Positions 1 through 11,929 of a DNA stretch of 64,000 bases are shown one piece after another. Made by a program: the position numbers and the translations under genes. The stretch's first letter is position 1. Each line of letters starts with the position of its first letter. Location of the stretch: assembly GCA_025786725.1 (NCBI GenBank), contig JAHLTZ010000014.1, forward strand, positions 248,001 to 312,000. The letters run 5' to 3'. Source of the DNA: Syncephalis fuscata S228. Taxonomy: Eukaryota; Fungi; Zoopagomycota. The notes beneath the pieces are model-generated. The model was not told the origin of the DNA. It made no database searches and saw only the letters and a list, made by a program, of their open reading frames with translations.

Positions 1-1
1 A

Positions 2-1363
2 AATGCACCGGCAACATTTCAACGATTAATGGATCAGGTATACTCAGGTTTACTTTGGGTGTCAGTATTTGTATATCTTGATGACATACAAGTATTTGCA
101 TCTACATTCGATGAACATTTAACACGGCTTAAGGAAGCATTTGAAAGGTTGCGAATAGCTGGACTTAAATTAAAACTAACAAAATGTACATTTGGTCAAA
201 GAGAAATTGCATTTTTAGGATATAAGACTGGCAAAGATGGCCTAAAAGTTGATGAAGCTAAAGTACAGGCCGTAGCAAAGTGCCGTGCACCTAAAAACGT
301 TACCGAATTACGTTCGTTCCATGGATTAGCTTCATATTATCGCCGATTCGTTTCTAATTTCGCTAAGTTAACTGCTCCATTAAGACTGCTATTACAGAAA
401 GATGAAGATTGGAATTGGACTTCATCGCAACAAACGTCATTCGATTCTATTAAACAAGCACTAATTAATGCACCTGTTTTGATTTATCCAGACTTCAAAC
501 GACCTTTTATTATAGAAGTCGATGCCTCATACGACGGACTCGGCGCCGTATTATCACAATGTGATAATAAAGAAGAACACCCAATTGCATATGCTAGTCG
601 ATCAACACGACCAGAAGAAAGAAATCTAGCTACAGCAACAGAATTGGAAGCAGCAGCAGTAATATGGGCGTTAGAGAAATATCGACACTACGTACTTAGT
701 AATGAAGTTATAATTAGAACCGACCACCGTGCACTAGAATTTATCGCTAACAATCAACCAGTTAATCGTAAATTCGCCAGATGGGCTTTCCAAGTCGCCG
801 AATTTAGACCAACTATTGTCTATAAGAAAGGAACTCATAATCGTAATGCAGATGCATTATCACGTCCACCTTTTGTAGATAATACTCAAGATGTGTTTAC
901 AGTGACCGAAACACACGCTGTCGCTTTACTGTTATACAAACGACTATCCGACAAAGCAACAGCACCTACACGCGCCACTCAACATTCCGTGGGTTATGAT
1001 TTAAGTTCAGCAACTGATTGTACTATTCAGCCAAGTCAGCGCGTCAGAATACCTCTTGACTTAGCAATTGAATTTACTAACGGTTACATGGGTGACATTC
1101 GTTCTCGTAGCGGACGTGCTTTTAAAGAAGGACTAATTGTTATTACAGGTACTATTGACCCCGATTACAGAGGTAACATTTATGTTGTATTATGCAACAT
1201 TAGTGATACGCCAGTCACCATAAAAACTGGCGAAAGAATAGCACAACTAGTGCTAACACCTGTCGTTACGCCAACGGCAAAAGAAATTCACCAATTATCT
1301 AATACTCAACGAGGTAATAACGGTTTTGGGTCCACCGGGCAAAACCCACTCGACATTAAGTAG
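2..1363 (+). CDS. pol: Retrotransposon Pol, 5'-truncated: reverse transcriptase, RNase H and C-terminal trimeric dUTPase
   Basis: Open from position 2 (NAPATFQRLMD). RT YLDD; RNase H DAS/ELE/TDH/NADALSR; dUTPase motifs GYDL, RSG, GTIDPDYRG, GERIAQL, RGNNGFGSTG (~926-1342). Confidence 0.95.
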   Translation, partial: NAPATFQRLMDQVYSGLLWVSVFVYLDDIQVFASTFDEHLTRLKEAFERLRIAGLKLKLTKCTFGQREIAFLGYKTGKDGLKVDEAKVQAVAKCRAPKNVTELRSFHGLASYYRRFVSNFAKLTAPLRLLLQKDEDWNWTSSQQTSFDSIKQALINAPVLIYPDFKRPFIIEVDASYDGLGAVLSQCDNKEEHPIAYASRSTRPEERNLATATELEAAAVIWALEKYRHYVLSNEVIIRTDHRALEFIANNQPVNRKFARWAFQVAEFRPTIVYKKGTHNRNADALSRPPFVDNTQDVFTVTETHAVALLLYKRLSDKATAPTRATQHSVGYDLSSATDCTIQPSQRVRIPLDLAIEFTNGYMGDIRSRSGRAFKEGLIVITGTIDPDYRGNIYVVLCNISDTPVTIKTGERIAQLVLTPVVTPTAKEIHQLSNTQRGNNGFGSTGQNPLDIK

Positions 1364-1369
1364 TCTTAA

Positions 1370-2701
1370 ATGGAAGACGAGCTCTACGAACAGCTTGTCA
1401 GATATTTACGACATAATGAACGCCCTACTAATATTACTAACCACAACTATAATCAATTTAAAGAAACAACAAAAAATTATATTCTTAGCAGTAACAACAC
1501 TTTATTTTATCTATCATCTAAACACAATCGCCCTCCTCTACGCGTCGTCCCCTTTAAAGAGGCACGACATATTTTACATTTACATCACGACAAAGCTAGA
1601 CACTTTGCGTACCAATCAACTTTAACTAGTATTAATCATAAGTATTTTTGGCCTGGCATGGAAAATGATATTCAGGCCTATGTTCGCGGATGCACTGCCT
1701 GTCAGCAACGTGCCCGACCACAACGTGTCCAACCCATGCGACCAATACCAGTGGTTGCACCATTTCATCGATTTGGTATCGATCTAATGACTTTACCACG
1801 TAGCAAATCCGGAAAAAGGTATATTATTGTAGCAATCGACTATCTAACTAAGTGGATAGAAACACGATCTTTAAAGCTTAAAACAGCTTCTAAGGTTGCA
1901 CAATTTATCGAAGAACAATTATTTCAGCGCTTTGGACTGCCAGCCGAGTTATTAACCGACCATGGTAAAGAATTTGCTGGAGCAGTCAATGACTTGTTGG
2001 ACAAATACAATATACCACACGTCCATTCTAGTCCGTATCATCCACAAACTAATGGCTTAGTCGAACGAGTAAATCGCACTTTGAAAGAAATGTTAGCTAA
2101 GTACGTTACTCAAAAACCATCAACCACCTACTGGTGTCAAGTACTATCGCAAGTTACGCATATGTACAACATACGTAAACAAGATACTACTGGATACTCG
2201 CCCTTCGAATTGTTATTCGGTGTACCAGCTCGTACTATCGCCGAAAGCACTTACCCGACTTATATGGTAGCTATTGAACAAGATGAAAAGACTAACATAA
2301 TATCATCATGGGCACGATTGGAAGGAGTAGAATTAAAACGACAACTCGCCAAACAACGCCAACAACAGTCTCAACTACGTTCAGTACAACGTCACCAGCA
2401 AAAGCTACCTAAGCAGCCAAAAGCAGAAAATATTCTCACTATTGGTAAGTTTGCTTGGATTCGAAAAAGTGAAGAAGATGCACGGCTGGACCACGCATTA
2501 AATGTACGCTGGCGCGGTCCCTTCTTGATTGTCGATGATTACAACAATGGTACTTTTATGTTGGAAACTAAAGGTAAAGATAGTGCCAGACCATTTGAAA
2601 TAGTACACCGCGACCGACTTCGTCCTTTCTTTCCTTCATGGCCGAATGTGAGGACCCATTCTAGTCTGGTGCAGGGGAATGTTACTATTTCACCAGTATA
2701 A
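1370..2701 (+). CDS. Retrotransposon integrase, separate ORF
   Basis: HHCC zinc finger (HDKARH...CTAC); D-D-E core (GIDL, LTDHG, NGLVER); GPF module (WRGPF); no chromodomain; last 22 nt lie inside the LTR. Confidence 0.93.
   Translation: MEDELYEQLVRYLRHNERPTNITNHNYNQFKETTKNYILSSNNTLFYLSSKHNRPPLRVVPFKEARHILHLHHDKARHFAYQSTLTSINHKYFWPGMENDIQAYVRGCTACQQRARPQRVQPMRPIPVVAPFHRFGIDLMTLPRSKSGKRYIIVAIDYLTKWIETRSLKLKTASKVAQFIEEQLFQRFGLPAELLTDHGKEFAGAVNDLLDKYNIPHVHSSPYHPQTNGLVERVNRTLKEMLAKYVTQKPSTTYWCQVLSQVTHMYNIRKQDTTGYSPFELLFGVPARTIAESTYPTYMVAIEQDEKTNIISSWARLEGVELKRQLAKQRQQQSQLRSVQRHQQKLPKQPKAENILTIGKFAWIRKSEEDARLDHALNVRWRGPFLIVDDYNNGTFMLETKGKDSARPFEIVHRDRLRPFFPSWPNVRTHSSLVQGNVTISPV
2671..2679 (+). 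promoter_or_regulatory. Polypurine tract (plus-strand primer)
   Basis: gcAGGGGAA directly before the TG start of the LTR. Confidence 0.75.
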
Positions 2702-3344
2702 TTGTGGTGTAAGTTGCGTTATTTACCATATTTGGTAGAAAACTTAATTAGCAATAACTTCATCACGTGACTATTCCCATTTCTGGTAATAGTCAGGGTC
2801 CTAGTAAAAGATGGCCATTCTTTCGGTTAAGACACGACGATCCCAACACTACAATCGTTTCTAACTCTTGGCAAGAAACACAGCGCCTATAAATACTTGC
2901 AATTCACGGCTCCATACTACTTATTACAGTAAAAACTAGCCCCATATTGCCGGAAGAAGAAATTGAACAGACAAGTTGTTCAAGTTCTTCCTTCATAATA
3001 TCCAAGACCATTTGCTATAAAATGGCAGCCATATTTTTAATCTTAATAAAAATTATCTTATCTTGGTTTAAATTCTTTTTTATTTTATTTGAATTTTGAA
3101 CCTTTTGATCATTTCAGTCTTGCAGTGATTGCTAGACTGAACTGATCCTTTTATCTAAGCTAACAATATTCTAGTCATTTATTCTACTTCTGTAGAAATT
3201 ATTAATTAAAGGTTGACAATCTTTATTAATAAAAACAATTAAGTAAGTCTTATATAACATTAATTACTAACATTATAGGTCACTCAAGACCAAGCATAAT
3301 ATTAGTAATCTGCTTATTATTCTACTCTTAGTGGAATAGTAACA
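2680..3344 (+). repeat. 3' long terminal repeat (665 bp)
   Basis: 10-bp terminal inverted repeat TGTTACTATT (2680)...AATAGTAACA (3344); TATAAA at 2888; AATAAA motifs; next 5 nt ACGTG are the candidate TSD. Confidence 0.85.
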
Positions 3345-3944
3345 ACGTGATAAAAATGATTTTACAAGTATGCAGTTATTTACGTTTTTATCTGCAGTAG
3401 CAGGCAACAAATAAACTTTGAATAATCACTGATTTATACCCATTTGTTTCAACTTGATACTGGTATTTAAAACCTAACGTCATAACTAAGTCCTATCCAT
3501 TTTTGCATTGGTGTAACTTTTATCAAAACTGGTAATTTCGATGTGTGTATCCATTATGAATAGCAAGGATTACAGTAAAATAGATAAATCAAATGCTATA
3601 AGACCCCATGACGTTTAACAGCTAGATGCTTGATAGCATTGATAGAGGTGGTGGGCTGTAAGCTGATACATCATATGTTGGCTTATAGTCGATGGAACGC
3701 AATAATGTGTTTATACATATTGTTCATAAAAACATAACATACGACAAACGTGTAACATTTTATACCAACAAAGCCAAAGAACGCAATGTAAGAAGGTAAA
3801 TATTGTTAAACTTTAGTTTACAGTCAAGTATCAAGTATAAGTAGGAAAGTGGCTATGTATATTAAATATATGAGCTGATTTATAGGCACAAAGTGATATA
3901 TTTTATTTTTCATTAGTACTATTTGCTCTGCATTAACATATTAG

Positions 3945-4250
3945 AATATTGCAATTAGTTGCATTAGATACAGCTACATTTGTGCTGCCCATTTTAACAA
4001 TAATACTAGTAGTCTATTAGTCAGTTATTTTATTTATGTATATTAGTATTATTAAATTAATAAATGTGTGCTGTGTGTATTTTATTTTATATTCAATTTT
4101 ATGTGCATTGATATTGATTGTTTGCTTGGTGGTCAAATGACTGACATTTAATAACATTTAATTTATTGAACATGGTGGCGGGTGGTGAATGGCATCAAAG
4201 TTTAAAATACTTATCATGATAGATTATTATCCAGTATGCATATATCCACC
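3945..4250 (+). repeat. Dispersed AT-rich repeat family, fragment (middle and 3' part)
   Basis: Aligns by eye with the reverse complement of 48.9-49.26 kb, with 40.8-40.9 kb and with 23.04-23.15 kb (core ...ttgaacatgRtgRYgggtggtga...). Confidence 0.7.
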
Positions 4251-4813
4251 ATTTACTTATATCATTTAACAATATAGTAGACACATTCTTTTCGCTATAA
4301 AACCAACAGTTTTTATTCATTTCGTTGATACATATATATATACTATAATTTTAATACAATTATTTATTCATTTTTTCTCTAATTTGCTTTGTTTTACATC
4401 AATGTATATTATAATATCTATGCTTATTTATTAAGGCTGTTTGTTCTTCTTTAGTTGCGTTTTCAACAAAGTTTGACTTGTTCGTTTTTTATTCTATTTT
4501 CTATGCATATATGAGCCGTTGCTATTTAGCCCATTTTGATTTTTTGTTTTAGAATCATTTTGCTATCACGTGAATAGGCATTAGCAGCCATCAGGTCTTA
4601 CTTTAATTGGTAGAGGTATGGAATTCTACCGCCTTGGCCGAACAATAAACACAACGCTTGCGTTTTATTCTTTTTAATCCCTTCCTTGTTCGTTCGTTAT
4701 TAGATATCCAGACTCCGGTTGGAACAAGGAGTTGGTTCATTTCCAAAGCTCATTTTCAAACTTTCTTTTCAAACATTGCATTATTAAGAATTACAAGCAT
4801 TCATTATATTAGC

Positions 4814-5778
4814 ATGTCTTCATTTGCTATTTGGTCAGCGGTCACAACCAGTTGGCTTACATTTCCAGCTTTAGCAAGTGGCGACAAAAACTCCAATAAG
4901 CATGATGGCTGCCAAAGACGCGCTTGCGTAACCGGCCAGACTGCAGCTCTTAACAATGTAGGTGATATCGTAAACAAGTTATTGACAAGCGGTCATTAAT
5001 GTTAGCTATATACTAAAAAAAAACAGCGCAACAATCCAACAGACACGATAATCCATGCCAATAGTGCCAAACTCCAGAACTTGAAAGAAGAGGTACCGCT
5101 TTGGGATAAATTATGGTCGCCTGCTACGGTAGTGACTATGGAACGCAAGTACGCGGTTTGCCCTTGTGTTGGTAGGTATTGTGTTCGCTTGTGTATAATC
5201 CCAAATTAAATATTTGTACAGCGGAGTTTTGGTGCTCCATCACATCGATTGCTTTTGCTTCACCAATTCTAATTTACCTATTTGTTCCCTATAATTTAAT
5301 CTCATGGCAAATTCACGTTTGCTGCATATTTGGCATTTTATCCGCATCCGCCAGCACAATATACCATTGGACTCTTTTTAAGCTGTTTTCTTCGTTGGAT
5401 GCAGCCATTGCCTGCACAACTATGCATGTATTTATGCTATTGGTGCTTGGTGAATGCTATCCATACCAGTCTTGGATAAGAAGCTCTAGCTTTTGGATAT
5501 CAAATGTCGTTTTGGTGCTTGCCTACATCCTGCATCGGTGGGAAAATACGGCCAAGCCTGCAGTGCAAGTAATATCGTTCTCAGCTACGTTATTTAGCTG
5601 GGGCTTGATGCAGCTGGAAGAATGGTATGCTTTGGTGTTTGGCTGGCTAGGAATTATTTGCTTTCTAGTCGACCGTAAAAACATGGTAGCAGCGCATTCT
5701 ATCTGGCATATTGGCGGCGGCCTTTCGCTAGGTTTGGCTGCGTGGGCGGTAATTTACCGTCAAATAGCCGACAATTAA
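4814..5778 (+). CDS. Alkaline ceramidase-like (CREST superfamily) membrane hydrolase, 3 exons
   Basis: Spliced product reads WSPATVVTMERKYAVCPCVAEFWCSITS; SxxxH (STIYH), D (SLDAA) and HxxxH (HSIWH); multiple TM segments. Confidence 0.75.
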
Positions 5779-5784
5779 CAATAC

Positions 5785-5931
5785 AATCACTCTTTTATTA
5801 ATTCGCTACTTTAGAATAATTCCCAATACTTTATAATTATATATATATGACCAACTTAATCACTCTTTTATTAATTCACTATTTTAAAATAATTTCGAAT
5901 ACTTTATAATTACATATATGACCAACTTAAT
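5785..5931. repeat. Two-copy tandem duplication, ~73-bp unit
   Basis: aatcactcttttattaattc...tatatgaccaacttaat starts at 5785 and again at 5858. Confidence 0.9.
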
Positions 5932-6573
5932 AAATGGCTAAACATTACATATATTATATTGATATTTATGTGCTAATTCATTTGTAAATAATATATTTTA
6001 AACAAATGCCTATTATTACTATAGCAAAATTATGCTTTATAATAAATTGCTTGTTTTTAACAATTTATTGAAATCACTACTTAATTACGTTCACCATTTT
6101 AAACATAGCTATAATTCAGCCATTGTTAAACTAAAAGGTTGCATAGTAATCTTGTTATTACATGCTTTGTTAGTAAGCAATAGCCAATTGTATGTAACTG
6201 TGTTACGTAAAGCAAGTGTGACATTATTCAATGGATTTGCAATTTATCTATAGTTTACCAAAGAAATACAGCCTTCCTTTGCGCCATTATAGCAATTCTA
6301 TTTTGGTAAACAATCTGCTTAATTAAGTAATTTAATATACCGGATTTTTAATTTATTTATTTACAGAAAAGACCACCTATATTTATATTTAGTTATTCAA
6401 TATCCGCTAATTAGGTACTATTCTTGTACCGAGCAAACCACCAAGCTTTTTTATACAAAAACAGTGTTGCAGAATCCTCAATTGACCTGATACGCTCATT
6501 ATTTTCCATTCTTCTTTTACTATCTCTTTGATAAACAACACCAGTGGCTTGTCAAAGAAATAGACCACTAACG

Positions 6574-7707
6574 ATGATTAACACATCCAAAAGTGTCTCT
6601 GCTCTCGTTGTCGCCGCATTGATTTTAGTTTCAACATGCCAGGCTGCTACGATTCCAGCGGCAACTACGACAGATAGAGCAGAAGTGTTAACAAAAGCTC
6701 CCAAATCTATTGGATATGACCCAAGTATGCATTTATGTACATTTTACACGACCGCATTAACCATATGTTATAAATGTAGCAACAAATACATTTTATGGCT
6801 ACAAAATAGGCGTCAAGGATGCATTTGGTGATCCAGGACTTCAGTTTATTGACGATAAATCTTTAACTGCTGGTGCAAAGTCCATTCGTGCTATAAAAGA
6901 TGATGGTCACAAGTATCTTTTTAGATGCGCAGCACCCAAGGAACTCCAGATTAAATCAAGTGATACTGGGATTACTGACCGAAGACTGCAATTTCAAGAG
7001 GTATGTTGTCACAGCCCAAGAGCTCATGGCTAAACTAAATTGCATAATAGCAATGTGCTACCCGCTATTTCGATAAAGGCGATTACACGGCCCAAGAGGC
7101 AGCTGGCTGCCCAATGATCCATGCTCTCACAAACGATCCCAGTTGCTATGGCGACTTGGAACGAGATGCACCGATGAACCTCAGCCAAGCTGTCAACAAA
7201 TTCAAAACCAATCCTCAAGAATTTGAAGACATATTTGAACAAATCAAGAATGGTATGTTTTTATTAAATTATATATATACAATTAGTATTAATATCTCTA
7301 CTACCAGGCATTCAGATTATTGATAGCTTGAAATGGTATTACCATATAACGGACGAAAGTAAGTTAGCCTCACGACTATATCCCACTGCAATGTTCATTT
7401 TCTCGCAGATGTCATAGTTTATAAAGATAAAACCAAGTACAAGGTTCAGTTTACTCATGTTGAAAGTGCGGTACCTCGATCTGTGCTTCGCAACACGTAT
7501 AAGTCGTCGGCCTATAATGCATGGATCGAGAAACAAAACAAAGTCACTAGCGATTTGTATGAGCGGATCTATAAGTTGCTATATCCAAAGGATACGTCAC
7601 AAGAAACGGAACTCAAGGTTCAAAATGCTCTTAAATCGATTATATCAACAAATACTTCAAAAGTATTCGGGAAACTCAACAAATTAGCCAAGGCTGTAAA
7701 AGGTTAA
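6574..7707 (+). CDS. Secreted protein-kinase-like protein (probable pseudokinase), 5 exons, ~307 aa
   Basis: Exons 6574-6724, 6780-7000, 7051-7252, 7308-7358 and 7409-7707 join in frame; signal peptide ends ...STCQA; IFEQIKNGIQIIDSLKWYYHITDENVIV...VQFTHV resembles kinase helix E, catalytic loop and DFG region. Confidence 0.65.
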
Positions 7708-8113
7708 CGCACCGTGTGCCAATTCTTGACTACAATGGCTTATGGCTTAGCAAATGTAGCATATTGCACCATCGGTTAATTGGCCAGTTTCCATTTACTT
7801 ATTTATAGTTTTATATAAATGATCGATTTCTGCTACTGTTTTAAAAGATTTATTGAATTGTTTATCGTGAAGAGAAATGAATAATTACAATTGCTAAATA
7901 CGGTGACGGTGAAAGAATATGAGAGAGATGCCAACAGCTAAAATAAAACATTTAATAGCAAAAATATAAGTAGACAACACTACTGTTTATTGATAATAAA
8001 TGAAATGGGTATTTGCGCTAACTATTGCGAATAACTGCGCGTCATCATCGGTATTCACTTATATGTTTAAGCGGGTTCAATAGCCCAAACATTTGATTGT
8101 GGTAGAATACTGT

Positions 8114-11100
8114 TTATTCGTCGCTACCATCTTCCTCTTCGTCGCTATCGAATATAATATCGACTTGTCCATCAACTGCAGTATCGATTATAAAAAAATC
8201 TATCAATTGGACTTCATTAATCGGCCCAAGTCGATGATCTTGAACAATTGGTTTAATCACAGTATCGGATGGCACAGGCGGTGTAAGTAGCAATTTGACA
8301 ACTCTGTAATGAAATACTAGATCAGTGAATGTAATAAAAATGAAACTGCTGACTTACTTTTCATTTGAAATAAATCCCTTAAAGTACTTGTTATAAACAT
8401 GCTTTAAATCGTCCATCTTTACTAAAGCCAAACGATTAACAAAATATTGCTCCTGCTCTTGTGGACTGGTAAAGCCCTGTAAATTTAGCAATTAGTAAAG
8501 CATCAAACAAATATAGACTAGTGCTTACTCTAAACGCATTATTAAGTGCGGCATTAATCACGCCACCACAGGTTGATCGCTTCGAAAACCATGCATACGC
8601 CACAGTAGATCGAGCTGCCTCCAGTGCATGAATATCACATACACTATCCCAATGAGTGTCCAGCTTTTCAAGCAGTTGCCAAAAAGCATTTAGTGCTTGG
8701 GCCGGATCTTGTGCTCTGAATACGGAATACACCAATTGGCCATGCCATGGGTGAAGACTAACATCGGCGCCATAAGCATATCCTTTACCGCGTACAGCTT
8801 CGTAGATAGGCCCGTCAGCACGAGAAAGCAGCTCACAAAAAACGTTTATGGCAAAATAGTCAACATGACGTGCGTCTTGCAAATCGTTCACCGGTGCAAG
8901 TACATCACAGGGAAGTATGCATGATAAATAGGACGCGGACAATGCCGGTAATGAAACAATGAGCAAACCTCCCGGTATAGCTAATTGTACATCGGTATCT
9001 ACTTGGTAAGGTGAACGTGGCATTGGAAATGGTCCTTGATTATCACTAAATGATACGTTGGTTGCTTGTTCCGATGATGGCGCTATTTTGTCCCAACTTG
9101 TAAAAAACTTTTGGTAAAGCTCATCATGGCTGGTTTCTGATGGTGTTGCAATTTGTAGAAATCCTCCTAGTTCAGACCGACTATCCTTCAAACTGTCGCT
9201 ATAATGCGTTGTTAGCAAATAAAGTCTAATGCTGTCCAATGCCGTTACAATCTCATCGATTCCTTCCGGTGTCTTTAAACGACCAAGTACGCCTTTAAGA
9301 AAAGCTCTTTGACGAAACAGACTAATACAAATGTCATTCTGGTTCGTGGTAATGCTCTTTTCTCCATATTGATTACCCGGTGCCGCTGATGTTGCTGAAT
9401 TGAATACTTTTGTCATGGTAGTACGTGCCATAATCGCTTGCATCATATTAGATCCTTCTCGTTGCAATTCACTAATGTCGCTTAATAAATTACGCGCAAT
9501 GGCACCAATACGTTCTGCATCAAATACCACACCAGCTAATGCGCCCAGTAACCAGCCCAGCATTTTGTTGTAGTTTTGAGGTGCACAGCTACCAGTTACT
9601 ACTAAATAATCTGATAGCCATGTTGTGCCAATTAACTGGTTTCCGTAGCCCACAGAAGCATCATGTGATACTAAATCGCGTGCCATGCCTGTTGCAACCT
9701 CACGATAATCCACAAGCTTGCTATCATCGACGGATACATCGATACCCGACATAACATCGTGAATTTTTACCGACGATTCAAACAACAATGACTGGAATAG
9801 TACAAGCCATGGCCGTAAATGCTGAGGCAGTACGGCAACTGGGAAGCCAATACTTAAATGAATAAATAGCGTGCTTGTTGAGACAAGTTGCATAGAGGCA
9901 AATGGTCTGGATGTAGCACTCATTTGGCTAATCTGCGCTGTTGACTCCAATTGCGGAACGTGAGCCACCAGTGGTGGTGGTGGCATTTTAGCAATCAGTT
10001 CTGAAGGTACATTGACTTGGTTTGCTTTGGTGGCGCGCTCTACTGTAGCTGCCAGTTGGGCTAAGCCTTCATCACCTAATTGATTTCTTTTTTCTTGTTC
10101 TTGTTGTAAAGACGTTTTTTCAAGCGTTTCGGCCAGTTTAGCATCCGGTATCATAATTACCTAATTTTGATTTAGATAGATAATAGATACTATTAAACGT
10201 GACTTACCTCAACCATTGGTGCATCAATTAGCCAACGTTTTAGTAGTGTCTTCCAATAAATTTCGTCTTCGTTTGTTAGCTCGTCTATAATATTGAATAC
10301 ATTTGCCTGTGACCCAATCTTTGGAATATCAATGATATTTTCATGATTTAAAAACGTTTGGGCCACTACGTCTTGTATCGTCCACTCCATTAATACTTCA
10401 TGAGGCGAATACTCCATTTCCTCGCACAACTTCTTTCGATGTCGCTCTATTGTGTCAGATATCTTTTGCTGACCAGTAAATCCTTCCTTTGCCACCTGAC
10501 ACAGTACTTGTTTGAATGCTTCATAAAACACACCATGTTCCAATAGCTTAGGTGGTGGCGTGTAGTCCTTTTCATCATTACTATCACTATTCGTTTCTTC
10601 ACCAATCTCCAATTCGTATGGAATACCACTAAATCCAATAACAAAATAGGGACGTGCATAACAATACAAGTGTGACCAAATGAAAGACGCCCATGGGCGT
10701 TCTTGCTCGGTGAATCGTTGTCGAAGAGGAGCCGCTGCTATATCTTCTAAGTAGCGAAACAATATTTGCAATGCCATACAAGTCTTTGCATCCGATAATG
10801 AAGGACCATGCCAACCTGAATTGATATTATTAACATTATTATTATTATTATTATTACTACTATTGCTAAATAAAACATACCATACGCAATGTCTCCAACA
10901 TCTTCCTCCACAGAAGCAAATTTTACAGCTTGTGACGTAATATCCTTAGTCAGAGTTTGATATTCTGCACAAAAGACAGGGGGTTGGTTTATAGCTTTCT
11001 TTGTACCTTGATTAATTGTATCGAGTATAATGTCGATTTCGGTTAATATTGAGCTGTCTAGATTTGCTCCAGCCAAAATTAATGTAAGCTGACCCGGTTG

Positions 11101-11828
11101 GTAGTAGCGCTGATGATATTCTTTGATTTGTTCATTGTTCAAACGCATGATGTCCTGAGTGAGGCCACCGCATTCATAATAATATGTCGAATTGTCAGAA
11201 TAAAGCTGCTGACGCATGGCTCGATCCATCTGCATTTATGATCAGTTACTGATGTTCAATAATGTCCATATGCTTACCAAATCGGTAGATGTATTTTCTC
11301 GATCTGCCATTTCACTATAAACGACGCCCTGTCGTTTAGCTTGACCATCCCAGTGAAATACCTCTGTGACAAATTGATCATCTCGTAGCGTAGGAGACAG
11401 CACATGTTGCAGATAGACGGGTAGCACGTTCCGCATGCCCTCAACGCCCGCCGTGTCCAGCGTATACGCGGTATACGCTTCGGTGGTGTAAGCATTGGTA
11501 CCAGAAGATAACGAGCGACACGCTAATGTATCTAGGTAGCCACGTTGTGGATATTCTTTAGAACCACAAAATATTACTATTAATATCGCAAAAATGTAAG
11601 TTTGTTAGGCTGACTGGTTATGTTTATAAACATACAGTGCTCTAGCGTATGCGGTAGACCGCTATCACTTTTGTTGCCGGTCGGGACTACAATAGTAAGA
11701 TAACATAGTGGACCTGGAACATTCAACAAAACGACGCGTAATTCCGTGCCATTGTGCTTATATACAGTGGTGGGATAGTTTATAGCTGGGCTATAATATT
11801 CCAGTTCTTCAGTAACAGTGAACGTCAT
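8114..11828 (-). CDS. M16 (insulinase/presequence-protease-like) zinc metallopeptidase, multi-exon
   Basis: SGLPHTLEH (HxxEH) then FCGSKEYPQRGYLDTLA; QGVVYSEM; ECGGL; AVRGKGYAYGA. Confidence 0.85.
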
Positions 11829-11929
11829 TTTGAATAAAGTAAGAAAGGGGTATTTTTCTTCTATTAACGAAATATCGATTAATCTTTTTGCAAACACGTT
11901 AATACTGCCATTAACTACACTTTGCATTA

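Larger units (their letters stand above)
1..3344 (+). mobile_element. Ty3/gypsy LTR retrotransposon, 3' half (RT-RNaseH-dUTPase / integrase / PPT / 3' LTR); 5' part lies outside the window
   Basis: Domain order RT-RH-(dUT)-IN; polypurine tract followed by an LTR with TG...CA ends. Confidence 0.95.

Noticed and set aside
1326-1625. 99-aa alternative-frame ORF spanning the Pol/integrase junction, as a frameshift bridge
   Set aside because: Pol and integrase are already in the same frame; no canonical slippery site; the product has no recognisable features
2680-3344. Hammerhead ribozyme in the LTR (retrozyme-like)
   Set aside because: No CUGAUGA...GAAA core found on either strand
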